Shown here: positions 33,924 through 42,578 of the stretch, one piece after another
Layout: each line of letters starts with the position of its first letter
How positions within the stretch are numbered: the first letter of the stretch is position 1
NCBI GenBank assembly: GCA_043809585.1
Contig: JBDROZ010000039.1
Location: 12,577-76,576 of the forward strand
Length of the DNA stretch: 64,000 nt
Source: Candidatus Eiseniibacteriota bacterium
GTDB lineage: Bacteria > Orphanbacterota > Orphanbacteria > Orphanbacterales > Orphanbacteraceae
Direction: 5' to 3'
Position numbers and translations under genes: made by a program
Notes under the pieces: model-generated
What the model was told of the DNA's origin: nothing
Seen by the model: only the letters and a program-made list of their open reading frames with translations
Databases searched by the model: none

Positions 33924-34661
33924 CTATCCTCCCGGAGCGAGCCGTTTCTCGGCGAGACCGAGGTGCTCCGGCGTGTTGATTCCGAAAATCTCCCAGCGGT
34001 CGGCGACCGGGAAGGGCGCCACCACCCGCCCCCGCTCCCGGAGCTTGGCGATCGTGTCGGTCAGGTAGAATTCGCCGCCGGCGTTCTCCGACCGAAGGAG
34101 GGGGAGCACTTCGAAGAGCGCCCGGCAATCGAAGCAGTAGGTGCCGGAGTTGATCTCCCGGATCTCCCGCTCCTCCGGCGCGGCGTCTTTCTGCTCCACG
34201 ATCCGGTCGACCTCCCCCCCCGCGTCCCGAACGATCCGACCGTAACCGGTCGGGTCGGGCATCTCGGCGGTGATCACCGTCACCGCCGCCCGCCGCTCCT
34301 CGTGGACCGAGACGAGCCTTTCGAGCGTGCCCGGCCTGACCAGGGGAACGTCCCCCGAGAGTACCACGAGAGAACCGTCGAAATCGCGGAGGAGAGGCTC
34401 GGCCTGCATCACGGCGTGGCCCGTCCCCTTCTGCTCCCGCTGCCAGACGAATTCGACGCCGGGCCGCTCCGAGGCGGCCTTCACCGCCTCCCCTCCGTGC
34501 CCGACGATCACCACGGCCCGGGGGAACCGGGCCGACTCCACGGCGTCGAGCACCCAGTGCAGGAGCGGTTTCCCCCGGAGACGGTGCAGGACCTTGGGCA
34601 GGTCCGATTTCATCCTCTTTCCCTCGCCCGCGGCGAGGACGAGGGCCGCCCGGTCCTTCAC
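33924..34661 (-). CDS. Nucleotidyltransferase resembling the GlmU N-terminal uridylyltransferase domain (no acetyltransferase repeat domain)
   Basis: GTG 34661 (GTGA overlap with the panC stop) gives VKDRAALVLAAGEGKRMKSDLPKVLHRLRGKPLL… and ends after about 245 aa. Confidence 0.75.
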   Translation of the reverse strand: MKDRAALVLAAGEGKRMKSDLPKVLHRLRGKPLLHWVLDAVESARFPRAVVIVGHGGEAVKAASERPGVEFVWQREQKGTGHAVMQAEPLLRDFDGSLVVLSGDVPLVRPGTLERLVSVHEERRAAVTVITAEMPDPTGYGRIVRDAGGEVDRIVEQKDAAPEEREIREINSGTYCFDCRALFEVLPLLRSENAGGEFYLTDTIAKLRERGRVVAPFPVADRWEIFGINTPEHLGLAEKRLAPGG

Positions 34662-35542
34662 GGCAGGATCCCCTCCACCCCCTCCCCCACGCGAAGGGAG
34701 AGGTTGTCGATGAGCCGCGCCCCGCCGATCCGGGCCGCCGCGGCGAGGAGGAGATCCCCCTCCGCCTTCCGGACCGGCCCGAGGTCGGAGAGGCGGACCA
34801 GCTCGACGTACTCCGGCGCCACGAGGGGTTCCCTGTCCATCACCCGGCGGACGGCCCCCGTGATCGCCGCGGCATCCCGCTCCCCCCCCTCGAGAAGGCG
34901 GCGCCCCTCGGTCAGCCCCCGAAAGAGGACGGGGGCCGCGGCCCGCTCTTCGGGGCCGAGGTAGGCGTTCCGTGAACTCATGGCGAGGCCGTCCCTTTCC
35001 CGTATCGTCGGGCAGGTCCGGATCGACCAGGGACCGAAGAGGTCCTCCACCATCCGGCGGATGACGATCACCTGCTGCGCGTCCTTCGCGCCGAAGTACG
35101 CCGTATCCGGATCCACGAGCTCGAGGAGCTTCCACACCACCGTGGCGACCCCGCGGAAGTGGCCCGGCCGGGTGGAGCCGCAGAGAGTGCCGGAGAGGCC
35201 CTCCACTTCGATGAACGCCCGGGGACCTTCCGGGTAGATTTCTTCGGGGGAAGGGAGAAAGGCCACGTCCGCCCCGGCGCCGGCGAGTTTTCGCATGTCC
35301 GCCTCCCCCGTCCTGGGGTAGGCGCCGAAGTCCTCGCCGGGACCGAACTGGGTCGGGTTGACGAAGACGCTCGCCACCGTGACGGCGCACTCCGCCGCGG
35401 AGGCGCGGACGAGAGATACGTGCCCCTTGTGGAGGGCGCCCATGGTGGGAACGAAGCCGACCGGTCCCCGGGGGCGAAGATCGAGGAGGATCCGGCGGAG
35501 CTCCTCCCGGGTGCGGGCGACGGCCGGGGGGCCGTCACTCAC
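34658..35542 (-). CDS. panC: Pantoate--beta-alanine ligase
   Basis: 294 aa. …GFVPTMGALHKGHVSLVR… HxGH motif. Confidence 0.9.
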   Translation of the reverse strand: MSDGPPAVARTREELRRILLDLRPRGPVGFVPTMGALHKGHVSLVRASAAECAVTVASVFVNPTQFGPGEDFGAYPRTGEADMRKLAGAGADVAFLPSPEEIYPEGPRAFIEVEGLSGTLCGSTRPGHFRGVATVVWKLLELVDPDTAYFGAKDAQQVIVIRRMVEDLFGPWSIRTCPTIRERDGLAMSSRNAYLGPEERAAAPVLFRGLTEGRRLLEGGERDAAAITGAVRRVMDREPLVAPEYVELVRLSDLGPVRKAEGDLLLAAAARIGGARLIDNLSLRVGEGVEGILP

Positions 35543-36368
35543 GGCCGTTCTCCGCCAAGTAGCTGTGCTCCGTTCCCGGGTAGACGCCCCGCTTCACCTC
35601 GTCGATATACGCCCGGAAGGCGGCGTCCATCTCCTTGCGGAGATCGCAGTACCGTTTCACGAAGCGGGGGAGGATCCTGTCGTACATCCCGAGGATGTCG
35701 TGGGTCACGAGCACCTGCCCGTCGCAGGAGGGCCCGGCGCCGATCCCGATCGTCGGTATCGACACCGCCTCGGTCACCCGTTTCGCCAGCTCCGCGGGAA
35801 TCGCCTCGAGAACGACGGCGAAACAGCCGGCGTCCTCCAAGGCCCGGGCCGCCTCGACGAGCCTCTCCGCCGCCGCGGCCGATTTCCCCTGAACCACGTA
35901 GCCCCCGAACCGGAGGATCGACTGGGGCGTCAGACCGAGGTGGCCCATGACCGGAATCGAGGCGCGGAGGAGCGCCCGGATGACGGGAACCATCGCCCGC
36001 CCCCCTTCGAGCTTCACCGCCTCGACGCCCCCCTCCTTGACGAGCCTGCCCGCGTTTTCGATCGCCAGGGGGACGCTCACCGTGTAGGAGAGAAAGGGCA
36101 TGTCGCCGATGACGAGGGCGGCGGGCTTCGCCCGGGAGACGGCCGCCGCGTGGTGGACCATGGCGTCCATGGTGACCGGGAGCGTCGTCTCGTGGCCGAG
36201 CACGACCATGCCGAGCGTGTCCCCGACGAGGATCGCGTCGATGCCCGCGCCGTCGAGGATCTCCGCCGTGGGGAAGTCGTACGCCGTCAGCATGGCGATC
36301 TTCTCCCCCTTCTTCTTCATGCGCACCAGCTTCCGGGGGGTCATCTTCCGGCGGCTCCGGTCGTTCAT
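35535..36368 (-). CDS. panB: 3-methyl-2-oxobutanoate hydroxymethyltransferase
   Basis: 277 aa. …IAMLTAYDFPTAEILDGAGIDAILVGDTLGMVVLGHETT…. Confidence 0.9.
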   Translation of the reverse strand: MNDRSRRKMTPRKLVRMKKKGEKIAMLTAYDFPTAEILDGAGIDAILVGDTLGMVVLGHETTLPVTMDAMVHHAAAVSRAKPAALVIGDMPFLSYTVSVPLAIENAGRLVKEGGVEAVKLEGGRAMVPVIRALLRASIPVMGHLGLTPQSILRFGGYVVQGKSAAAAERLVEAARALEDAGCFAVVLEAIPAELAKRVTEAVSIPTIGIGAGPSCDGQVLVTHDILGMYDRILPRFVKRYCDLRKEMDAAFRAYIDEVKRGVYPGTEHSYLAENGRE

Positions 36369-37012
36369 GGGGACCTGTCCTTCCCCCGGGGGGCGAAATA
36401 GGCGACGCCGCTTTTCAGGCGGCCGAGCTGGTCGATCAGGTCGTCCACCAGCGACGGCCGGCCGAGAAAGTCCGTTTCCCCCGAGTTGATCACGAGGAGA
36501 GGAGTCTGGTCGTAATGGGCGAAAAAGTAGTTGTACGCTTCCCGGAGAACCTCGAGGTACTCGCGGGTCAGGTTCTTTTCGAACTCGCGCCCCCGCTTCC
36601 GGATCCGGTCGACGAGCAGTTCGATGTCCGCCCTGAGGTAGATCACCACGTCCGGCTTCGGGACTTGGGGCTCCATCACCTCCACGAGGCGGTCGTAGAG
36701 CACCATCTCGTCGTCGGTCAGGTTGATGCTCGCGAAGATCCGGTCCTTGGCGAAGACGTAGTCGCTGATCACGCGCTCGGCGAAGAGCGAGGTCTGGGCG
36801 AGCCTCTGTTGCTGCCGGAAGCGGGAGAGGAGGAAGAAGATCTGTGTCTGGAAGGCGTAGGTCCGGATGTCGTCATAGAATTTTTGCAGGAAGGGGTTCT
36901 CCTCCACCAGCTCCAGGTTCAGCTCCGCGCCGAGCCGGGAGGCGATGGTCCGGGAGAGCGTGGTCTTCCCGACGCCGATCACCCCTTCGACCGCGATGTA
37001 CCGGTGCTCCAT
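36365..37012 (-). CDS. Deoxynucleoside kinase family protein
   Basis: Internal ATG 37012: MEHRYIAVEGVIGVGKTTLSRTIASRLG… (P-loop; dNK/dCK/dGK family). The upstream track-ORF portion is noise. Confidence 0.8.
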   Translation of the reverse strand: MEHRYIAVEGVIGVGKTTLSRTIASRLGAELNLELVEENPFLQKFYDDIRTYAFQTQIFFLLSRFRQQQRLAQTSLFAERVISDYVFAKDRIFASINLTDDEMVLYDRLVEVMEPQVPKPDVVIYLRADIELLVDRIRKRGREFEKNLTREYLEVLREAYNYFFAHYDQTPLLVINSGETDFLGRPSLVDDLIDQLGRLKSGVAYFAPRGKDRSP

Positions 37013-37013
37013 C

Positions 37014-37511
37014 TCAACAATCTCCCGGGAAGGGGGACACCTCGCCCCCGTCGGCCGTCTCGAGGAGCAATTCGGCCTGGGTCTTCCCGATTCCCGGGTG
37101 TACCAGATCCGGGTCGATTTCCGCAAGGGGCCGGAGGACGAAGCGGCGGTTCGGGATCTCCGGATGGGGAATCACGAGGTCCGGCGGCTCGTCGATGCGC
37201 TCCTCCCCGAAGTAGAGAATGTCCACGTCGATGGTCCGGGGGCCCTTCGGCACCTCCCGCGCGCGACCGAGTTCGGTCTCGACGCGGCGGATCAGTTCGA
37301 GAAGATCCCGGGCGCCCCCTTCGAACGTTCCCCGGGCGACGCAGTTGAGGAACCGGGGCTGATCGGGGACCGGTCCGACCGGGGCGGTCTCGAAGACGGG
37401 CGAGACCCGCTCCGCGCGAAAGGGGCCGGTCTCGAGGGCGCGGAGTGCCCGGCGGAGATGCTCCAGCCGGTCGCCGAGATTGGATCCGATGCCGAGGTGA
37501 ACCCGCGTCAC
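37014..37511 (-). CDS. folK: 2-amino-4-hydroxy-6-hydroxymethyldihydropteridine pyrophosphokinase (HPPK)
   Basis: GTG 37511 (AAGGAG-9 nt; GTGA overlap with the upstream stop) gives VTRVHLGIGSNLGDRLEHLRRAL…IDVDILYFGEE…, 165 aa. Confidence 0.8.
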   Translation of the reverse strand: MTRVHLGIGSNLGDRLEHLRRALRALETGPFRAERVSPVFETAPVGPVPDQPRFLNCVARGTFEGGARDLLELIRRVETELGRAREVPKGPRTIDVDILYFGEERIDEPPDLVIPHPEIPNRRFVLRPLAEIDPDLVHPGIGKTQAELLLETADGGEVSPFPGDC

Positions 37512-38746
37512 CGGGCCCGCTCCTTTCCCCCCGAGTGCATCCAGCCGGCGATCTTCCCCCGCATCCGCGGGAGGCGCGCCAGCCGGTCGAGGGCGATCCG
37601 GATCGCCCCTTCGTCCTCGGTGAGGGAGATCAGGACCCGGTCGTGGCCGAACTCGCCGAAGGAGGAACCGGGGAGCACGGCGATCCCCGCCTTCCGGAGG
37701 AGGAGGGACGCGAACCCGACCGAGTGGTAACCGTGGGGGACCCGGACCCAGAGATGGAATCCGGCGAGGGGCTCTTCCACCTCCCAGCCGAGGGCGCGGA
37801 TCCCCTCCGCGGCGAGGGCCCCCCGGGAACGGAAGACCTCCCGGGCGCGGGCGGTCTCCTCCGGCGGGAGATCGAGGGCCCGGCGGAGGGGGGCCGCGGT
37901 TTCCGCGAGCGAGGGCTGGCCGAGGCGTTCCAGGATGGTCTCGACGGCGAACAGGATCTCCCGGTTCCCCGCGGCGAAGCCGGGCCGCCATCCGCCCACC
38001 TGGTGGAAGGGGGCGAGGGAGTGGAACTCGACGCCCACCTCCTTCCCTTCGGGGTGGTCCAGGAGGCCGGGGGGCCGCTCCCCCCCGAGGGCCGCGGCGG
38101 CGAGCGTCGCGTCGTGGGCGACGAGGATGTTCTTCTCCTTCGCGAACCGGACGAGGTCGGCGAAGAACCCGGGAGGGGCCCACGCCCCGGTGGGCATGTG
38201 GGGGTATCCGGCGAAGAGGAGCCGCGCCCGGTAGGCGGCCTCCGGCTCGATTCGGTCGAGGTCGGGTTGGAATCCCCGCCCCGCGGGGAGAGGGTACGAG
38301 ATCGGCCAACCCCCCGCGACGCCCGCGGAGACCCGGTAGGCCGGATCCCCCGGATCGGGAATGAGCACGACGTCCGAGGGATTCACGAAGGCGAGGGCGA
38401 GAAACCGAAAGCTCTCCGGGATGTGGAGGAGGGGGAGAATCTCGGTCTCGGGATCGAGGCGAACCCCCCGCTCTCGTTCGAGGCGCTCCGCGATCTCCCG
38501 GCGGATCCCCGGAAGGTCCCCCCCGGCGGGGGCCGCGCCCGATGTCTCCGGAAGGGGAAGATCGGGGGCGGTACGGCTGAAGTCCACGATCCGGAAGCCC
38601 CGCGCCTCGGCGCGGCGGCGGACCCGCTTCAGTTCTTCCGACGGGTCGGCGAGAAGGCGGTGGTACCGGTCCGCCTTCTCGATGACGATCCGCCGGCGGA
38701 GGGGGCGGGGCTTCTCCCCCCTCTCCTTGTCGGTCGGTGAGCTCAC
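37508..38746 (-). CDS. Class I/II aminotransferase-fold protein (the expected PLP-binding Lys appears substituted)
   Basis: 412 aa. …IVDFSRTAPDLPLPE… and …AGYPHMPTGAW… match the AAT fold. At the canonical SxSK(T/A)F position the sequence reads EFHSLAPFHQVGGWRPGFAAG, so Pro sits where the Lys is expected. Confidence 0.75.
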   Translation of the reverse strand: MSSPTDKERGEKPRPLRRRIVIEKADRYHRLLADPSEELKRVRRRAEARGFRIVDFSRTAPDLPLPETSGAAPAGGDLPGIRREIAERLERERGVRLDPETEILPLLHIPESFRFLALAFVNPSDVVLIPDPGDPAYRVSAGVAGGWPISYPLPAGRGFQPDLDRIEPEAAYRARLLFAGYPHMPTGAWAPPGFFADLVRFAKEKNILVAHDATLAAAALGGERPPGLLDHPEGKEVGVEFHSLAPFHQVGGWRPGFAAGNREILFAVETILERLGQPSLAETAAPLRRALDLPPEETARAREVFRSRGALAAEGIRALGWEVEEPLAGFHLWVRVPHGYHSVGFASLLLRKAGIAVLPGSSFGEFGHDRVLISLTEDEGAIRIALDRLARLPRMRGKIAGWMHSGGKERAR

Positions 38747-39191
38747 GTTTCTCGCCTCGGTAGGGGTTTCCTCGTCCCCATGAGCCTATCGGCCCGGGCC
38801 GAAGTTTTCAAGATCTCCCTCTGTGGGTGCCCAAAGAACCCTGCAATTCACCAAGTAATCACGAGTTGCCGGGTTGCCCTCCTCGGGCCTGATTCACTGG
38901 TCTTCATTGTGGTGCGAAGGGGGGGGCTCGGAAACGCCTTCTCGATTCCGGCAGGTTCGTGTCTCGACGTGGGGCGCGAACTCGGTTCGCCTTCCGGCGG
39001 CCGGAGCGCACCGCCGGCCCCTGGGGTGAGAAGCGGTCCATGTGAGCTCCCGGGGATTCACATGCCGGGAAGGTCAACAAGGAGTCGGAACGGCAAAGTT
39101 CGCGTTTCTATGCGGAAGGCGAACTGGGATGTTTGTGGTGGACGGACCGGTTTCGGGAAGGATGTCGCTTTCGCCTGGTTTCGTGACGTAG

Positions 39192-39209
39192 ATGTCCCAA
39201 TAGGGACAT
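39192..39209. promoter_or_regulatory. Perfect palindrome ATGTCCCAATAGGGACAT (candidate operator/REP-like site)
   Basis: 7-4-7 inverted repeat, followed by TCGAG. It shares the 12-mer GGGACATTCGAG with the site at 40161-40176. Confidence 0.35.
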
Positions 39210-39261
39210 TCGAGGCGGACGGGGACGCCCTCCGGCCCCCAAAGACCGGGCTATTGTCTGA

Positions 39262-39291
39262 GATGTCACTTCCTTCCAGAAGTGGGACATC
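39262..39291. promoter_or_regulatory. Imperfect palindrome GATGTCACTTCC…GAAGTGGGACATC sharing the GTGGGACAT core
   Basis: Second copy of the motif, about 190 nt upstream of the lipoprotein ORF. Confidence 0.3.
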
Positions 39292-39454
39292 AGGGCCACG
39301 GAGAGGGGCACTGGTGGGCGCCATTACGTTGCGGGCCTTCGCGCAATTTCCGATAAGGACCGTTATCGGTATCAACGGTGGATCGGCTCTGTTAATCTGT
39401 TGGTGGATTATCCTTCCCCGTCCTCCCTTGGGCGGGTCATGCCGGAGGTGAGAA

Positions 39455-40000
39455 ATGAGATGTCAATTGATCGGTTCTGTGGCGGCTTCCCTCGCTGCTA
39501 TGTACTGCTTTGGTCTGGGTTGTGCACAAACCCAAGTTACACCAGCGGCGGTCAAAACTAATTACATCTATCCTCCGCCGGCCCCGAGGGAGGGGGAATG
39601 GCCCATATGGCGGGATGTACCTGTCGAGACAGAGGATTACGATCGTATTTGGAGAACAGTCATCGACGTGGTATCTGAGCGTTTCCCAATAGCTGTTTTG
39701 GATCGAGAGGGTGGCTATATAAGGACCGAATGGAGACCTGACCGCGACCTTATTGGAGATTATGCAAAAGAATACCTCATGCTGTCGGACCAGCGGAAGC
39801 TAGATAAGTACCCATGTGAAAGGTGCGAAACGCGCTTCGTTATCAGGTGCTACCCTGCCGAGAAACGCCTCAGAATGGGGTTGGAAGTCAAGAAAGGCAA
39901 CACGGACAAGCTCTCTCCCGAGCTCTCTCCGGAGAAGATCGCTATCGCCTGGCAAGGAATCCCCCAGGAAATACAGAACCGGCTGCGCGTAACGGAGTAA
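39455..40000 (+). CDS. Hypothetical secreted/lipoprotein-like protein (181 aa) in a lower-GC patch
   Basis: GGAGGTG RBS 4-5 nt before the ATG. Signal peptide MRCQLIGSVAASLAAMYCFGLGCAQTQ. No recognisable domain. Local composition is clearly less GC-rich than the flanks. Confidence 0.65.
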   Translation: MRCQLIGSVAASLAAMYCFGLGCAQTQVTPAAVKTNYIYPPPAPREGEWPIWRDVPVETEDYDRIWRTVIDVVSERFPIAVLDREGGYIRTEWRPDRDLIGDYAKEYLMLSDQRKLDKYPCERCETRFVIRCYPAEKRLRMGLEVKKGNTDKLSPELSPEKIAIAWQGIPQEIQNRLRVTE

Positions 40001-40146
40001 TCTAAGAAAGGATTGAGAATCGGCCGACCATTCGCGCCGCTCCTCGATATGCTTCTGCCTTTACAAACTCGCAGCCCTTAACCTTCTGATAACGCGATTT
40101 ATTCGTAACTTCCCGGGGGGCGTGCCATTTCTGCGGATCCTGATAC

Positions 40147-40170
40147 GTCACACTTTTCGTAAAGTGGGAC
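40147..40170. promoter_or_regulatory. Near-perfect palindrome GTCACACTTT-TCGT-AAAGTGGGAC (third GTGGGACAT-family site)
   Basis: 10-4-10 inverted repeat with one mismatch, about 150 nt downstream of the lipoprotein ORF, inside a 377-nt convergent intergenic gap. Confidence 0.35.
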
Positions 40171-40377
40171 ATTCGAGCAGCAGAAACCCGTGCGGGCGAC
40201 ATTCGCCGAACAGACACTCCTCGATAAAGGGCCACTCCCGGCAGGACCTCCCTCCTCTCCCCTTGATTGTGCATCATAAAGGACGTTATGAGGCACAATG
40301 ATGGTTTCAGCCTCCGGTCCATGCCGGCATCACTCCGGCGGTCGGCTGCATCTCGGAGCGATTCTTCCTCCAAGGCT

Positions 40378-41256
40378 TCAGGCCCCCTCGCGATCCTCGG
40401 CCCAGAGGCGGAGGAAGAGGTCGATCGAGCCGGGCGCGAAACCGGCGTAATGGTTGTTGAAGAAGGCGAAGACGTCCCCCCCGGTCTGGAGTAGGTTCCG
40501 AATCACGGCGATCCATGCCCGGGTCGGACCGGTCCGGTCGACCAGGATCGACTCCCAATCCCCCTTCCGCTCCCCCGCCTCCTTCGCCTCCCGGACGAGT
40601 TTGTCCATCTGCCGGTGATGGCCGAGAAAGCGGAGATAGGCGAAGTCGGCGGTCCGGGGATCGCCCGCCTCGAAGTACCCCTCCGGGGGGGGCATGGTGT
40701 AGTAGTCGGCGAGGACGAGGGCCGCGCCCGCCTCCCGGAGAAGGCTGTAGAGCTCCTCGCCGAGCCAGGTCCGGTTCCGCACCTCCACGGCGCACCGGCC
40801 CGCCTCGGCGAGATGGGGGGCGAACCGCTCGAGCCGCCTTCGGAAGTCGTCCCCCGTCCGGTACTCGTGCTCGTCCCTCCCCTTCGCCACGTACGGGAAC
40901 TGGAAGAGCAGGGGGCCCCGCTTCTCGCCGAGCCGGTCCATGGCGGAGAGGAACGCCGCCCACTCCCCCTCGCAGTTTTCGAGGTAGAGATCGTGGGTGA
41001 TCCTCTTCGGGACCTTGGCGGCGATCTTGAAGCCGTCCGGGGTCTTCCGCGCCCATCCGTCGACGAGTTTCGCCGAGGGGCTCGCGTACCAGGTGGCGTC
41101 GATCTCCACCGCCGGAAGGAGGGCGGAGTAATGGCGGAGAAAGTCGGCCGCCTTCGCTCCCTCGGGATAGAACGGGCCGACCCAGTCGGCGTTGCCGAAG
41201 GAGGAGGTTCCGAGATGGAGGCCGGGGGGTAGACCGGCGAGATCGAATCGAAGCAT
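40378..41256 (-). CDS. DUF72 family protein (YecE-like)
   Basis: 292 aa. …GTSSFGNADWVGPFYP… and …FAFFNNHYAGFAPGS… are DUF72 hallmarks. Confidence 0.85.
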   Translation of the reverse strand: MLRFDLAGLPPGLHLGTSSFGNADWVGPFYPEGAKAADFLRHYSALLPAVEIDATWYASPSAKLVDGWARKTPDGFKIAAKVPKRITHDLYLENCEGEWAAFLSAMDRLGEKRGPLLFQFPYVAKGRDEHEYRTGDDFRRRLERFAPHLAEAGRCAVEVRNRTWLGEELYSLLREAGAALVLADYYTMPPPEGYFEAGDPRTADFAYLRFLGHHRQMDKLVREAKEAGERKGDWESILVDRTGPTRAWIAVIRNLLQTGGDVFAFFNNHYAGFAPGSIDLFLRLWAEDREGA

Positions 41257-41392
41257 GGCGCCTCCCGGGGACGGACCTTCCTCATTATATCAAAGGGAGA
41301 CTCCCCTCCGCCTCGCCGGTGGCGCCGGGCGCTGTTCCGCGTTACCCTCGTCAAGGGCCCCGGCAACGTTCGGCCCTGCGGGAGGAGCGTTC

Positions 41393-42001
41393 ATGATTCT
41401 GGAACCGGACAAGATGACCCCGAAGGACCTCTATTTTCTGATGGTCGGGTCGATCGTCCCCCGGCCGATCGCCTTCGTGTCGACGATCAGCGCCGGCGGG
41501 GCCCCGAACCTCGCCCCCATGAGCTTCTTCAACGGCGTCTCCGCCTCTCCGCCGGTGGTGAGCGTCTCGGTCACCCGGCGGCGGGGCGCGAAGAAGGACA
41601 CGGTCCGGAACGCGCTGGAGACGGCCGAGTTCGTGGTGAACGTGGTGGACGAGTCGATCGCGGTCGCGATGAACCGGACGAGCGGCGACTACCCGCCGGA
41701 GGTGAACGAGTTCGAGGTGAGCGGCCTGACGGCGATCCCCTCGGACCTGGTCGCCCCCCCCCGGGTCGCGGAGTCGCCGATCCACTTCGAGTGCCGCCTC
41801 CTCCGGGCCGTCGACGTCGGCGAGGAACCGTCGGTCACCACCCTCCTCCTCGGCCAGGTGGTCCGTTTCCATGTGCGGGACGGCTACCTGAAAGAGGACG
41901 GCCACATCGATCCGGACAAGTTCCACGCCGTCGGCAAGATGGGCGGCCCGCTCTACTGCCGGACCCGAGACCGCTTCGCGATGGAGAGGCCGAAGGTGTG
42001 A
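41393..42001 (+). CDS. Flavin reductase-like FMN-binding (split-barrel) protein
   Basis: Internal ATG 41393 gives MILEPDKMTPKDLYFLMVGSIVPRPIAFVSTIS…NLAPMSFFNGVS…. The upstream 67 codons of the track ORF are noise. Confidence 0.8.
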   Translation: MILEPDKMTPKDLYFLMVGSIVPRPIAFVSTISAGGAPNLAPMSFFNGVSASPPVVSVSVTRRRGAKKDTVRNALETAEFVVNVVDESIAVAMNRTSGDYPPEVNEFEVSGLTAIPSDLVAPPRVAESPIHFECRLLRAVDVGEEPSVTTLLLGQVVRFHVRDGYLKEDGHIDPDKFHAVGKMGGPLYCRTRDRFAMERPKV

Positions 42002-42081
42002 AGAGAGATGGGGGATATTGGATGTGGAATGCGGGTTCCTTTCGGTACCAGATTCTCCCGGAGCAGAGCGGAGGGGTATCT

Positions 42082-42112
42082 GGTTCCGAAAGGACATGGT
42101 TCCGAAAGGACA
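42082..42112 (+). repeat. Direct repeat GGTTCCGAAAGGACA x2 (1-nt spacer)
   Basis: Read directly: 42082-42096 and 42098-42112 are identical 15-mers. Confidence 0.8.
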
Positions 42113-42156
42113 GGTGTGCGGGAAATAGGGTCTCTGGTTAGGAAATCCTACGTGCG

Positions 42157-42500
42157 GCGGGGGGCGGACCGGCATCGGGAGGGACCGGGGCATAGACGGG
42201 GAGCCGTTAATGGTATCCGCAACGCAATGTCCGCGAGCCCGGAGAATGGGAGGGTTTCCTTCCGCAGCACGACGAGCGTCCCAGCCTGCCCCGATCCCTC
42301 CCTCTTCCGGTCCGCCTCCCCGCCGATTTCATGGGATCGCCATCCCCCGGAGCCTGCCCGCGCAGTATCGAATTGTCATCCCCGCGTAGGCGGGGACCCA
42401 GGAAATCCAATTCCGTAGCTCCCCCCCCCCCGTTCGCCCTGAGTGCCGCGGCCGAAGGCCACGGTGTATCGAAGGGTCGGACCGGCGAGAGACATGTGAG
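42157..42500 (-). repeat. Composite structured repeat, inverted copy (order on the plus strand: B', C', A')
   Basis: 42157-42324 is the reverse complement of the about 170-bp B element (TIR GGGGCGGACCGG…CCGGTCCGCC). 42325-42425 is the reverse complement of C (…GGAATTGGATTTCCTGGGTCC CCGCCTACGCGGGG ATGACAATTC…). 42426-42500 is the reverse complement of A (…CCGTGGCCTTCGGCCGCGG CACTCAGGGCGAACGGGGG). Confidence 0.8.
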
Positions 42501-42578
42501 TGTTCATGGCGGTAGTTGGTATTTTGTCTCTGAACTCCCCTAAATTCCCTTGGTCACTTACGGCAGGGAAGCGGCCCA

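Noticed and set aside
40002-40373. 123-aa minus-strand ORF in the convergent gap between the lipoprotein and DUF72 genes
   Set aside because: No RBS, no recognisable motif, and a composition consistent with chance. Kept only as a note inside the finding on the lower-GC patch.
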